A DNA stretch of 59,034 bases, filler included. It is 3 parts of 3 records of this genome, joined end to end, with 100 filler letters (N's around TTAATTAATTAA, not from the genome) between each part and the next. Parts side by side here need not be neighbours in the genome. Positions count along the whole stretch, not along the records: positions 1 to 19,182 come from SRR20825019_86; positions 19,283 to 50,339 come from SRR20825019_92; 1 more part is not named here. One strand, 5' to 3'. A model generated the notes under the pieces. It saw only the letters and a program-made list of their open reading frames with translations, had not been told where the DNA came from and made no database searches. Position numbers and translations under genes: made by a program. Shown here one piece after another: positions 9,538 through 19,510 of this stretch (position 1 is its first letter; every line of letters begins with the position of its first letter).

Positions 9538-10409
9538 CAGCCGGCCCAGAAAAGATAGTGCAGCACCAGGCTGATAAAAATCACCATGCCTACCCAGTTA
9601 TTATTCAGAAACGCCCGCAGGCAGCTTTTTGGCTCACGATGCCGGCTCAGATACTGCTGATAAATAAACAGCCCGGCAGCCATTAACAGACCGAGATAAT
9701 AAATCAGACTGAGTTGCAGTTGCTGACCAATCAAAGCCATCACCATCAGATAAGCGACCTGGAGAATGCCCTGAATCACCAAATCATCCTCACCAAACAG
9801 AATCGCTGTCGATTTGATGCCGACTTTCAGGTCGTCCTCACGATCGGCCATCGCGTAAAACGTGTCATAGACCGTGGTCCAGATAATATTGGCCATAAAC
9901 AGCAGCCAGGCAATGATAGGCAGGCTCCCGGTCTGTGCCGTGAACGCCATCGGGATTGCCCAGCCGAAAGCCATGCCCAGATAAATCTGCGGCAGGTAGG
10001 TGTAGCGTTTCATAAAGGGATAAGTTGCTGCCAGAAACACGGCCACCAGCGACATTAAAATGGTCATGGTATTAAGCAGCAGCACCAGACCAAACGCTGC
10101 CAAAGCCAGCAGTACAAACACTATCACCGCATCGCGCGCCTTTAACTCACCGGTCGCCAATGGTCTGCCCTCAGTACGCCAGACATCACCGTCCATCTCG
10201 CGATCGGCAAAATCATTAATCGCGCAGCCAGCGCTGCGCATGATAATCACGCCCAGAATGAAGACGATTAACACGGTTAAATCCGGAAAGCCTTCGGCTG
10301 CAATCCACAGGGCGCTCAGAGTCGGCCACATCAGCAGTAAAATGCCAATCGGCCGGTCCAGGCGCATCAGTCGCAGATAAGGCTGCAGCATGGGATATTT
10401 AGCACTCAC
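9537..10409 (-). CDS. ubiA: 4-hydroxybenzoate polyprenyltransferase
   Basis: [37 protein letters not shown]. Confidence 0.97.
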   Translation of the reverse strand: MSAKYPMLQPYLRLMRLDRPIGILLLMWPTLSALWIAAEGFPDLTVLIVFILGVIIMRSAGCAINDFADREMDGDVWRTEGRPLATGELKARDAVIVFVLLALAAFGLVLLLNTMTILMSLVAVFLAATYPFMKRYTYLPQIYLGMAFGWAIPMAFTAQTGSLPIIAWLLFMANIIWTTVYDTFYAMADREDDLKVGIKSTAILFGEDDLVIQGILQVAYLMVMALIGQQLQLSLIYYLGLLMAAGLFIYQQYLSRHREPKSCLRAFLNNNWVGMVIFISLVLHYLFWAG

Positions 10410-10967
10410 TCAATCACTCCACTTCGCTGACGGCAGAAAAATTTCATTGACCAGCATGCCTTTATCATCCAGATAAAAACAGGATCGGCGAGCCCATAAT
10501 TGTTCAGGGAGCTGATCGAGATGCCGTGTCGCCAGTTTAAACAGCCTGTCCTCTGGTTGCAGACAAGCCACTTCAATATCCCCGCGTCGCAGCGACGGAT
10601 CATTAAACAACATCTGCCCCAGCGAGCGATTTCCCAGCGTTTCAAAACGGGCCTGCATTGCCTGATAGGTCCGCTTTGGCACCATGGTGCGGGCATAAAC
10701 TTCGGCTTTATCGCCATCAAGCAGGTGGACTTCCCGGCTGAACATCCATTGCCCCAATGGCTGACCCAGAAGCAACGACTCATCTGCCAATGGCCGCTCC
10801 CAACCGCTTCGCAACAGTTTGACTGCAAACGCCTGTTCGCAGGCTTGTGTTAACTGCTGTGTCAGAGAGCCGCTGTCTGTCAGCCAGTCTCGTAATGACG
10901 GCGGCAGGGATTGAACAAGCGGCGGATGCCAGTGGCTACGGAAATTCATTAACGGTCCATTCATCAA
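10410..10967 (-). CDS. ubiC: Chorismate pyruvate-lyase
   Basis: WLTDSGSLT, REVHL, LWARRS, LVNEIFLP; directly upstream of ubiA. Confidence 0.93.
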   Translation of the reverse strand: MMNGPLMNFRSHWHPPLVQSLPPSLRDWLTDSGSLTQQLTQACEQAFAVKLLRSGWERPLADESLLLGQPLGQWMFSREVHLLDGDKAEVYARTMVPKRTYQAMQARFETLGNRSLGQMLFNDPSLRRGDIEVACLQPEDRLFKLATRHLDQLPEQLWARRSCFYLDDKGMLVNEIFLPSAKWSD

Positions 10968-13057
10968 ACATTGCCGAAATCGAGTTTGTGCGCAAACCAG
11001 CGGTTCACCAGCGCATCGGCCTGTTGCGGCGCGTCCTTGAGTATGGCTCTGGCAGCCCGATCCATCACTGCCAGCAGATCCTGATCATCAATCAGATCGG
11101 CAACCCGGAATTGCGGCAGGCCGGTCTGACGGGTGCCCAGCACTTCTCCGGGGCCGCGGATTTCAAGATCTCGCTGAGCAATCACAAAGCCGTCATTGGT
11201 CTCGCGCAGACACTTGAGTCTAGCCTGGCCATTTTCGGATAAAGGCGGATGATACATCAATACGCAATGACTCTCGATTTGGCCGCGTCCCACCCTGCCA
11301 CGTAACTGATGCAATTGTGCCAGTCCCAGCCGCTCGGCATTTTCAACCACCATCAGGCTGGCATTGGGCACATCGACGCCGACTTCAATCACCGTAGTCG
11401 CCACCAGCATATCCAGTTCGCCAACCTTAAAGGCTGTCATTACCAACTCTTTATCCACGGTTTTCATACGGCCGTGAACCAGGCCAATCTTCAGATCGGG
11501 CAGGCTATCCTGCAGAGTAGTGGCAGTATCTTCGGCGGCCTGACACTGCAGATGCTCAGACTCCTCAATCAGCGTACAGACCCAGTAGACCTGTCGTTGT
11601 TGTTGACAGGCGGCATGCACCCGGTCGATGACATCCTGCCGGCGTGTATCAGGCACCACCACCGTCGTAACCGGAGTCCGGCCGGGCGGCATTTCATCAA
11701 TCACTGATACATTCAAGTCGGCATAGGCGGTCATCGCCAGCGTTCGCGGGATAGGCGTCGCAGTCATCACCAGCTGATGCGGCATCGAATCGACATCGCG
11801 TCCCTTGTCTCTGAGCGCCAGCCGTTGGTGTACGCCGAAACGGTGCTGCTCGTCGATAATGACCAGACCGAGATTATTGAACACCACTTCGTCCTGAAAC
11901 AGGGCATGGGTGCCGACTGCGACTTTGATTTCGCCTGACTGTAAATCTGCCAGCACTTGTTTACGCTGTGAGGCCGTTTGTTTACCGGCGCACCATCCTA
12001 CCTGTATACCCAGCGGTGTCAGCCAGTTGGCAAAAGTCTGATAATGCTGTTCTGCCAACAATTCGGTCGGTGCCATCATCACTGCCTGGCAGCCGGCGGA
12101 TACCGCTTCCACGGCCGCCAGTGCAGCCACCACCGTTTTACCCGAGCCGACATCCCCCTGCACCAGTCGCTGCATGGGATGAGGCTGGGTAATATCCTGC
12201 AAAATGTCATCAATCACCCGCTGCTGGGCGCCGGTTAATGGAAAGGGCAAGGCTGCCAGAAGCTGTTGGCGATGACCACTGTCACCTTTGAGCATGGGCG
12301 CCGTATGATGCTGGGTCTGGGCACGAAGTTTTTTCATCGTTAACTGCTGCGCCAGTAATTCCTCATAAGCCAGCCTTTTCTGGGCCGGGTGTTTACGTTC
12401 CAGCAATTGTTCTACAGCCGCATCGGGCGGCGGCTGGTGCACATATTTAAGCGCATCGACCAGAGAGTATTCCGCTGCCTGGTGCAGTCTGGATGAGGCC
12501 GTCAACAGCTCTGGCATTGAATCCTGATCCAGAATCGCCAACGCCTGCAGCATCAGCTTGCGCAAGGACAGTTGATGCAAACCTTCAGTGGTGGGATAAA
12601 TCGGGGTCAGCTCATTATCCACCGGGACGATACCCTCAGCGGCTATCAGCTGATATTCAGGGTGCACCATCTCCATTGATGAAGGGCCATTGCGAACTTC
12701 GGCAAAGCAGCGGATGCGTCGGCCTTTGGCCAGTTGTTCCTGCTGAGCTTTGGAAAAATGAAAGAAGCGCAACACAATAGCGCCGGTACCATCAGAGATG
12801 TGGCATAACAAGGAACGACGCCGGCCGAATTTGACCTGGGAAAGCTGGATCGTACCTTCAATCAGCACTTCCTGTCCGGGTCTGAGCGCCCCCAGCGGCA
12901 TGAGGCGGGTACGATCCTGATAACGCAGCGGTAAATGAAACAGCAGGTCCTGAACCTGCACAATACCGATTTTGCTCAGCCGTTCAGCGACTTTGCCGCC
13001 GACACCTTTGAGCGAAGTTACCGGCTGTGATAACAATTCACCCGCCACCACAGCCAC
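10964..13057 (-). CDS. recG: ATP-dependent DNA helicase RecG
   Basis: QGDVGSGKT, DEQHRFG, MTATPIPRT, QLRGRVGRG, RGPGE. Confidence 0.98.
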   Translation of the reverse strand: MAVVAGELLSQPVTSLKGVGGKVAERLSKIGIVQVQDLLFHLPLRYQDRTRLMPLGALRPGQEVLIEGTIQLSQVKFGRRRSLLCHISDGTGAIVLRFFHFSKAQQEQLAKGRRIRCFAEVRNGPSSMEMVHPEYQLIAAEGIVPVDNELTPIYPTTEGLHQLSLRKLMLQALAILDQDSMPELLTASSRLHQAAEYSLVDALKYVHQPPPDAAVEQLLERKHPAQKRLAYEELLAQQLTMKKLRAQTQHHTAPMLKGDSGHRQQLLAALPFPLTGAQQRVIDDILQDITQPHPMQRLVQGDVGSGKTVVAALAAVEAVSAGCQAVMMAPTELLAEQHYQTFANWLTPLGIQVGWCAGKQTASQRKQVLADLQSGEIKVAVGTHALFQDEVVFNNLGLVIIDEQHRFGVHQRLALRDKGRDVDSMPHQLVMTATPIPRTLAMTAYADLNVSVIDEMPPGRTPVTTVVVPDTRRQDVIDRVHAACQQQRQVYWVCTLIEESEHLQCQAAEDTATTLQDSLPDLKIGLVHGRMKTVDKELVMTAFKVGELDMLVATTVIEVGVDVPNASLMVVENAERLGLAQLHQLRGRVGRGQIESHCVLMYHPPLSENGQARLKCLRETNDGFVIAQRDLEIRGPGEVLGTRQTGLPQFRVADLIDDQDLLAVMDRAARAILKDAPQQADALVNRWFAHKLDFGNV

Positions 13058-13077
13058 TGACTCCTTTAATGCTTGAT

Positions 13078-13464
13078 TCAGGCGCCCAGGTGCAGCACCG
13101 CGTCCATCTCAACCGGCACATCCTTGGGCAGTGAGGCAACACCAATCGCGGCACGCGCCGGATACGGCTGTTCGAAATATTCGGTCATGATGTCATTGAC
13201 GGTACCGAAATGACTGAGATCATTCAGAAAGATATTGAGTTTGACCACATCCTGCAGGCTGCCACCAGCGGCTTTGGCGACGGCTGCCAGATTATCGAAC
13301 ACGCGACGTACCTGAGCAGAAAAATCTCCATCGAGTACCGTCATGGTTTCCGGCACCAGCGGGATCTGGCCGGACAGATAGACGATATCGCCGACTTTGA
13401 CTGCCTGAGAGTACGGGCCGATGGCTTCCGGTGCATCGGCAGTGTGAATAATTTCGCGTGTCAT
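13078..13464 (-). CDS. ridA: RidA family enamine/imine deaminase
   Basis: [30 protein letters not shown] at 13464 has an upstream GGAG. Confidence 0.93.
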   Translation of the reverse strand: MTREIIHTADAPEAIGPYSQAVKVGDIVYLSGQIPLVPETMTVLDGDFSAQVRRVFDNLAAVAKAAGGSLQDVVKLNIFLNDLSHFGTVNDIMTEYFEQPYPARAAIGVASLPKDVPVEMDAVLHLGA

Positions 13465-13498
13465 TACGTTCTCCATAGAAAACCGCGTCAAAGCGGCG

Positions 13499-15658
13499 TC
13501 ATTGATTAATACGGGAAATTCTTTCCACCATATCGAGCAGGCGCAGACGGCGAATCACCCTCGCCAGGTGCTGACGGCTCTGGACCTCGATAGTCAGTCT
13601 GAGATCGGAATAACCGCCATCACGCTCATCAACCACGACGTTATCGATGTTGGAATCGGATTCAGACACGACGGCAGCCACCGTCGCCAGTACGCCGCGC
13701 TGGTTCTTGACGTGCACCATAATGTCGACCGGGAATTCGCGAGAGACATCCGGGGACCAGGTCACGTCCAGCCATTTCTCATTCTGTACCCGCAGATGGG
13801 AGGTGTTTTTACAGCTGCGTTGGTGAATAATGATGCCGCGACCGGTACTGACGTAACCGTGTATCGGGTCACCCGGAATTGGATGACAGCAGCGGGCAAA
13901 ACTCACCACCATGCCCTCGGTACCGGCGATCATCAACGCCTGGGGCTCTTTATTCGGCGTCGAATCATTGACCAGCTTCTGAGCAATCAGCAGTGCGGAA
14001 TGATTACCGAGACCGATATCTTCCAGCAAATCGTCAAACTGCTTGAGCTCGAATTCGCTGACCAGGTCGTTAAAGCGCTCGACCGGAATATCATCAAGAT
14101 GAGTCGAGAAAGCGGTCAGGTGTTTATTCAGCAAGCGACGGCCCAGCAGAATCGCTTCTTCAGTCTGCAGATGGCGCAGATAATGACGAATACTGGTGCG
14201 GGCCTTAGCGGTCACCACGAAATTGAGCCAGGCCGGATTCGGATGAGAATTGGGCGAGGTAATAATTTCTACCGACTCACCGGTTTCCAGTTGTGTGCTG
14301 AGTGGCACTAGATGGCGGCCGACACGCGCAGCAACACAGTTATTACCCACATCGGTATGCACGGCATAGGCAAAATCGACCGCGGTACCTCCCCGCGGCA
14401 GAGTCAGGATTTCGCCTTTGGGTGTGGAGACATAAATTTCGTCAGGGAACAGATCGATGCGCAGGTTTTCCAGAAACTCCATTGAATCGCCGGAACCTTT
14501 CTGCATTTCCAGAATGCCCTGCAGCCACTGACGGGCCTTGCGATGAGCAAGATTATCGCCGCCCGACTCGCCGGTTTTATACAACCAATGCGCGGCCACG
14601 CCGGCTTCGGCCATGTGATCCATATCGCGGGAGCGAATCTGTACTTCTATAGGCACACCATAGGGTCCGAACAGGACCGTATGCAATGACTGATAGCCAT
14701 TGGCCTTGGGAATCGCAATATAATCTTTGAATTTGCCCTGAACCGGTTTATAAAGGTTGTGCACGACACCAAGCATCCGGTAACAGGCATCGACATCATC
14801 AACTATGATGCGAAACGCATAAACATCCATGACTTCGGAAAAAGTCAGCTGTTTGCTGACCATTTTCTTGTAGAGGCTGTATAGATTCTTTTCCCGGCCC
14901 TGAATATCGGCACTGAGTCCTTCCTGCTCCATGCGGTTAAGGATGGAGGCCGTGATCTGACTGACTATTTCCTTACGATTACCGCGCGCCTTCCGCACCG
15001 CATCCTGCAGCACACGATAGCGGATCGGGTAAAGCACATGGAAGCCCAGGTCTTCCAGCTCGCAGCGCATCAGGTTCATACCCAGGCGCTGGGCAATCGG
15101 TGCATAAATATCCAGCGTTTCATGGGCAATGCGGCGACGTTTTTCCGGCCGAAGGTGGCCCAGAGTGCGCATATTGTGCAGACGATCTGCCAGCTTGACG
15201 ATAATGACGCGGATATCACGTGACATCGCCAGCAACATTTTGCGCAGGTTTTCCGCCTGCGCATGTTTGGTGGTTTCAAACGCGGCCTTGGCGAGCTTGG
15301 TCACGCCCTCCACCAGATCGGCCACTTCTTCACCAAACTCAGCCGCGAGGTCATCGCTGCTCAGCGCTGTATCTTCAATCACATCGTGTAACAGACCGGC
15401 CATGATGCATTCATAGTCCATGTGCATCATCGCCAGCACGTGCGCTACCGCCAGCGGGTGGGTAATGTAGCGTTCGCCGCTGCGACGGGTCTGACCTTCG
15501 TGTGCCTGATCCGCAAAATGATAGGCACGGCGAATGGCATCCACTTGCCTGGGTTCCAGGTAATTGGAAGTCGCAAAACACAGATCATCGATCGTAAGTT
15601 TCGGCTCAGACTCCTGGATGAAATCCAGTTCGGAGGCGACTGAAGGTTTGGCGCTCAC
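13499..15658 (-). CDS. spoT: Bifunctional (p)ppGpp synthetase/hydrolase
   Basis: Intact HD motif [24 protein letters not shown] and ACT domains; follows rpoZ. Confidence 0.97.
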   Translation of the reverse strand: MSAKPSVASELDFIQESEPKLTIDDLCFATSNYLEPRQVDAIRRAYHFADQAHEGQTRRSGERYITHPLAVAHVLAMMHMDYECIMAGLLHDVIEDTALSSDDLAAEFGEEVADLVEGVTKLAKAAFETTKHAQAENLRKMLLAMSRDIRVIIVKLADRLHNMRTLGHLRPEKRRRIAHETLDIYAPIAQRLGMNLMRCELEDLGFHVLYPIRYRVLQDAVRKARGNRKEIVSQITASILNRMEQEGLSADIQGREKNLYSLYKKMVSKQLTFSEVMDVYAFRIIVDDVDACYRMLGVVHNLYKPVQGKFKDYIAIPKANGYQSLHTVLFGPYGVPIEVQIRSRDMDHMAEAGVAAHWLYKTGESGGDNLAHRKARQWLQGILEMQKGSGDSMEFLENLRIDLFPDEIYVSTPKGEILTLPRGGTAVDFAYAVHTDVGNNCVAARVGRHLVPLSTQLETGESVEIITSPNSHPNPAWLNFVVTAKARTSIRHYLRHLQTEEAILLGRRLLNKHLTAFSTHLDDIPVERFNDLVSEFELKQFDDLLEDIGLGNHSALLIAQKLVNDSTPNKEPQALMIAGTEGMVVSFARCCHPIPGDPIHGYVSTGRGIIIHQRSCKNTSHLRVQNEKWLDVTWSPDVSREFPVDIMVHVKNQRGVLATVAAVVSESDSNIDNVVVDERDGGYSDLRLTIEVQSRQHLARVIRRLRLLDMVERISRINQ

Positions 15659-15663
15659 GGGGT

Positions 15664-15924
15664 TTATTCTTGGCTTTGCAGCTCTTCGTCAGCCACGATG
15701 CTTTCTTCAGCATGTTGGCGGGCACTGGTTTTTGTCAGAATATCCGGTCCGACCAGACCTTCAGCAATTTCACGCAAAGCCAGTACGGTCGGCTTGTCAT
15801 TATCCACATCAACCATCGGGTCATCGCCGAGAGCGATTTCACGCGCGCGCTTGGCAGCAACCAGAACCAGCTGGAACCGGTTATCAACGTTTTCTAAACA
15901 ATCTTCTACAGTGGTGCGAGCCAT
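15664..15924 (-). CDS. rpoZ: RNA polymerase omega subunit
   Basis: [39 protein letters not shown]. Confidence 0.98.
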   Translation of the reverse strand: MARTTVEDCLENVDNRFQLVLVAAKRAREIALGDDPMVDVDNDKPTVLALREIAEGLVGPDILTKTSARQHAEESIVADEELQSQE

Positions 15925-16021
15925 CTGATTTTCCCCATGAGTTAAAAGAAGTAATTCTACGTAATATCAGCGTTTTAAGCTAGGTGAGCTAAGCGATCAG
16001 CGGGATTTGTCACCCCCTGAC

Positions 16022-16633
16022 TCAGCCCAGCAGTTCACTGATGAGACCTGCCTGCTTCTGTTTCTGCAGCGCCAGGCTATGTCGTTTAGCGAGGATGATG
16101 GCGGTCAGGCTGTCCAGTGCCTCGCTGAAATCATCATTGACGATGAGATAATCGAATTCAATATAGTGAGAAATTTCATTTTCCGCGTCCCGCATGCGGC
16201 GTGCAATGATCTCTTCATTGTCTTGACCGCGGTTACGCAGACGTTGTTCCAGCGTCGTTTTGGAGGGGGGCAGAATAAAAATCCCGGTCGCGTCGCTGAG
16301 ATTATGTCGAACCTGCTGCGCCCCCTGCCAGTCGATCTCGAGTATGACGTCCAGGCCCTGAGCCAGCATTTCCTGTACTGCAACAGACGAGGTACCGTAA
16401 CTATTATCAAACACCGTGGCAGACTCCAGAAAGTCGCCTTTGTCGCGCATATCAGCAAAGGTCTGCTGGCTGACAAAATGATAATCACGGCCATCGACCT
16501 CACCCTCACGCGGTGGCCTTGTTGTGTGGGAAACAGACAGCCGGATATCATCATGGCGCTCGACCAATGCATTTACCAGACTGGTTTTCCCTGCGCCTGA
16601 CGGGGCGGCGACGATAAATAAACTTCCTATCAT
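16022..16633 (-). CDS. gmk: Guanylate kinase
   Basis: APSGAGKTS, SHTTRPPR, EIDWQGA. Start at ATG 16633 fits the family length. Confidence 0.97.
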   Translation of the reverse strand: MIGSLFIVAAPSGAGKTSLVNALVERHDDIRLSVSHTTRPPREGEVDGRDYHFVSQQTFADMRDKGDFLESATVFDNSYGTSSVAVQEMLAQGLDVILEIDWQGAQQVRHNLSDATGIFILPPSKTTLEQRLRNRGQDNEEIIARRMRDAENEISHYIEFDYLIVNDDFSEALDSLTAIILAKRHSLALQKQKQAGLISELLG

Positions 16634-16693
16634 GCGAGCAAACCTTGGTCTTGACTTCAAAACCGACATCGTGCCGGTAAAACCCAAATCGAC

Positions 16694-16699
16694 ATTATA
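16694..16699 (-). promoter_or_regulatory. Possible sigma70 -10 box for gmk-rpoZ-spoT
   Basis: Perfect TATAAT on the minus strand ~60 nt upstream of the gmk ATG; no convincing -35. Confidence 0.4.
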
Positions 16700-16815
16700 C
16701 CGATGAGAAGTCATTGTGCGGCGAATTAGTCACAACATTTGCATGGGCACTGATTGTTCTAAAGCTTGACTGACTTGGAATACTTGTCTTTGTCTGTCTG
16801 CTAATTTAACGCACT

Positions 16816-17844
16816 ATGACAATGGAGAAGTCAATGTCCCCCGATACGTCACAGCTGAGTCGTGATCAATTGCTGGCTATGTTCAGGCTGCAAACCGATA
16901 TCGCCAAGATGGGCCTGAATATCAGCAATATTCTGGATCTGGTTACAGAGCGGAGTATGGCACTGACGGGCGCCGACGGCAGTGTGATCGAGCTGACTGA
17001 CAAACTGCATATGGTTTACCGTGCCACGGCAGGTATCGCCAGGAGCCAGCTTGGTCTCAGAATTCCTGTCCAGGGCAGCCTGTCCGGCCTGTGTAGCGAA
17101 ACCGGTAGTAGCCTGCGTTGTGATGACGCCAGTACAGATCCGCGTGTCGATCGCTCCAGCTGCGAACGAATCGGCCTCAATGCCATGCTGGTCGTGCCGC
17201 TGCGGCATGGCGATCACACTATAGGGGTATTGAAAGTTCTGTCTAAACAACGGAAAGCTTTCAGTGAAGCGGACGAGGTCATGTTGACCATGCTGTCGGA
17301 TATGGTGGCATCAGCGATGTTCTACGCGACGGAATACAATTTTGAAGACCTGTTCTATCGCGCGACTCATGACCAGATGACCGGTCTCGCCAACCGCGCA
17401 CTGTTTCTGGATCATATGCATAGTGCACTGGCCCAGGCGAGGCGGCATCAATCTCTGGTCGGTATCTTGATGATCGATATGAATGATCTCAAGCAAATCA
17501 ATGATAATTTCGGCCATCTCAGTGGTGATGCCGCAATTTGTGAATTTGCAAGTAGACTCAAACAAAAAAGCCGGGCCAGTGACACCGTTGCCCGCTTCGG
17601 CGGCGATGAGTTTGGCATGATTCTGATGCCTATCAGCTTGAGAGAGGATATCGATCTCAAAGCCAGACGGCTGGAGCGCCAGCTACAACAGGAGTTTCAT
17701 CATAATAATGATGTGCTGCCACTCAGTGCCAGTATTGGTGGCGCAGTTTATCCCCATGACGGCAGAGATCTGGAAACCCTGCTCGAGCAGGCCGATCGCC
17801 AAATGTATGCCAGTAAGCGGGCACTCAAGCAAAACCGATCATGA
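16816..17844 (+). CDS. GAF-GGDEF diguanylate cyclase
   Basis: GAF (GSLSGLC, MLVVPL..IGVLKV), HDQMTGLANR, RASD I-site, RFGGDEF. Confidence 0.92.
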   Translation: MTMEKSMSPDTSQLSRDQLLAMFRLQTDIAKMGLNISNILDLVTERSMALTGADGSVIELTDKLHMVYRATAGIARSQLGLRIPVQGSLSGLCSETGSSLRCDDASTDPRVDRSSCERIGLNAMLVVPLRHGDHTIGVLKVLSKQRKAFSEADEVMLTMLSDMVASAMFYATEYNFEDLFYRATHDQMTGLANRALFLDHMHSALAQARRHQSLVGILMIDMNDLKQINDNFGHLSGDAAICEFASRLKQKSRASDTVARFGGDEFGMILMPISLREDIDLKARRLERQLQQEFHHNNDVLPLSASIGGAVYPHDGRDLETLLEQADRQMYASKRALKQNRS

Positions 17845-17845
17845 T

Positions 17846-18712
17846 TTACTCAATATTCTGGATCTGCTCCCGCATCTGCTCAATCAACACTTTTAAGTCA
17901 ACCGAAAACCGGGTTGTGTCGGTATCTATCGACTTGGAACCCAGCGTATTCGCTTCCCGATTCAGCTCCTGCATCAGAAAGTCGAGTCGGCGACCAATCG
18001 GTTCCTCACGCTGTAAAACCAGTTCAACTTCCCTGACATGATTCTGCAGCCGGTCCAGTTCTTCAGCAACGTCGCTTTTCTGCGCCAGCAGAACCATTTC
18101 CTGCTCCAGTCTTTCCGGCTCCAGACTCACTGCCAGCTCCTGCACTCTTTCCTGTAATTTCTGCCGGTGGTTCTGCAGAATTTCCGGCATTTTTTCACGA
18201 ACCTGCTCGGCAATCTGGTGAATCTGCTGACAACGCTGTTCGATCATTTTCTGCAGTGCAGCGCCCTCCCGCTCACGGGTGTCGACCAGATCAATCAGGG
18301 CTTTTTGCAGTGAGGCCATGACCCGTTCGCTAAGCGCCTCCTGATCCAGGCTCGGTGTCTCAATGACGCCGGGCCATTGCATGACTTTCATCAAATCCAG
18401 CGGCGCAGCATTATCACTGAGCGAGGCCAGTTGCTGATAACGACTGATTACGCGTTCGGCCAATTGCTGGTTAATCTCCAGGCTTTCCTGTTGTTGCTCC
18501 GGTGATTTGTAACGCAGCGCGACTTCAACTTTCCCCCGGCCCAGGGTATCGCTGATAAATTTGCGCATCGCCATTTCCAGTGGCCTGAAGCTCTCCTCCA
18601 GCCGGAAACCGATTTCAAGATAACGGTGATTCACCGAGCGCAGTTCCCAGCTCAAGGTACCCAAGTCTGTTTGCTCCTCATAGCGGGCAAACGCAGTCAT
18701 GCTTCGTGTCAC
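17846..18712 (-). CDS. yicC: YicC/YloC family endoribonuclease
   Basis: SMTAFAR, ELRSVNHRYL, GRRLDFLMQELNREANTLGSK, EQIQNIE. Confidence 0.96.
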   Translation of the reverse strand: MTRSMTAFARYEEQTDLGTLSWELRSVNHRYLEIGFRLEESFRPLEMAMRKFISDTLGRGKVEVALRYKSPEQQQESLEINQQLAERVISRYQQLASLSDNAAPLDLMKVMQWPGVIETPSLDQEALSERVMASLQKALIDLVDTREREGAALQKMIEQRCQQIHQIAEQVREKMPEILQNHRQKLQERVQELAVSLEPERLEQEMVLLAQKSDVAEELDRLQNHVREVELVLQREEPIGRRLDFLMQELNREANTLGSKSIDTDTTRFSVDLKVLIEQMREQIQNIE

Positions 18713-18782
18713 AAATAAATTCCAGCGTCAGAGAAAACCCTGATCTTACCCAAATCCCCCTGCGGCTGACAGTCACGATCAG

Positions 18783-18788
18783 TATAAT
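18783..18788 (+). promoter_or_regulatory. Possible sigma70 -10 box for rph
   Basis: TATAAT 31 nt upstream of the rph ATG; no well-spaced -35. Confidence 0.4.
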
Positions 18789-18819
18789 GAGTCAAATTTG
18801 ATTGGGAGAAATACCGGTT

Positions 18820-19182
18820 ATGCGTCCAAGTGGTCGTCAAGCGAATGAGTTAAGACAAATCACCATCACCCGCAATTACACCAAACATGCTGAAGGCTCG
18901 GTTCTGGTCGAGTTCGGCGATACCAAGGTGTTGTGTACTGCCTCAGTGGAAGAGCGTATCCCCCCTTTCCTGCGTGGCACCGGCGAAGGCTGGGTCACCG
19001 CTGAATACGGCATGCTGCCGCGTTCTACCGGTTCACGCATGCAACGTGAAGCAGCCCGTGGCAAACAGGGTGGCCGCACCATGGAAATTCAACGCCTGAT
19101 AGGCCGTTCCCTGAGGGCAGCGATTGATCTGAAGACCCTAGGTGAGCGCACCATCACCATCGACTGCGATGTCATTCAGGCT
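18820..19182 (+). CDS. rph: Ribonuclease PH (3'-truncated by contig end)
   Basis: [50 protein letters not shown]. Confidence 0.96.
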
Positions 19183-19282
19183 NNNNNNNNNNNNNNNNNN
19201 NNNNNNNNNNNNNNNNNNNNNNNNNNTTAATTAATTAANNNNNNNNNNNNNNNNNNNNNNNNNNNNNNNNNNNNNNNNNNNN
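19183..19282. other. Artificial contig-joining spacer
   Basis: 44 N + TTAATTAATTAA (19227-19238, stops in all six frames) + 44 N. Confidence 0.98.
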
Positions 19283-19510
19283 TTGCTTCTAAATATAGAA
19301 ATAATGAATCATGGATCGGCCGCTACTCGAGACCGGACTGAGCACTCCTACAACGCGTTGTGACTGTGCAGAGCAACAACAACAAAAACAATGAATTTAG
19401 TGGTGCATGCGATCGAAGACGCCCGCCCTCCCGGCCGCTGCCGTGCCCAGGAGTGCCAGGGACCTGACCCGGGGAGGAAGCTGGAACGACACCTACGGAA
19501 AGGCGCGATG

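Noticed and set aside
13502-16600. Plus-strand ORFs opposite spoT, rpoZ and gmk
   Set aside because: Shadow frames of conserved genes.
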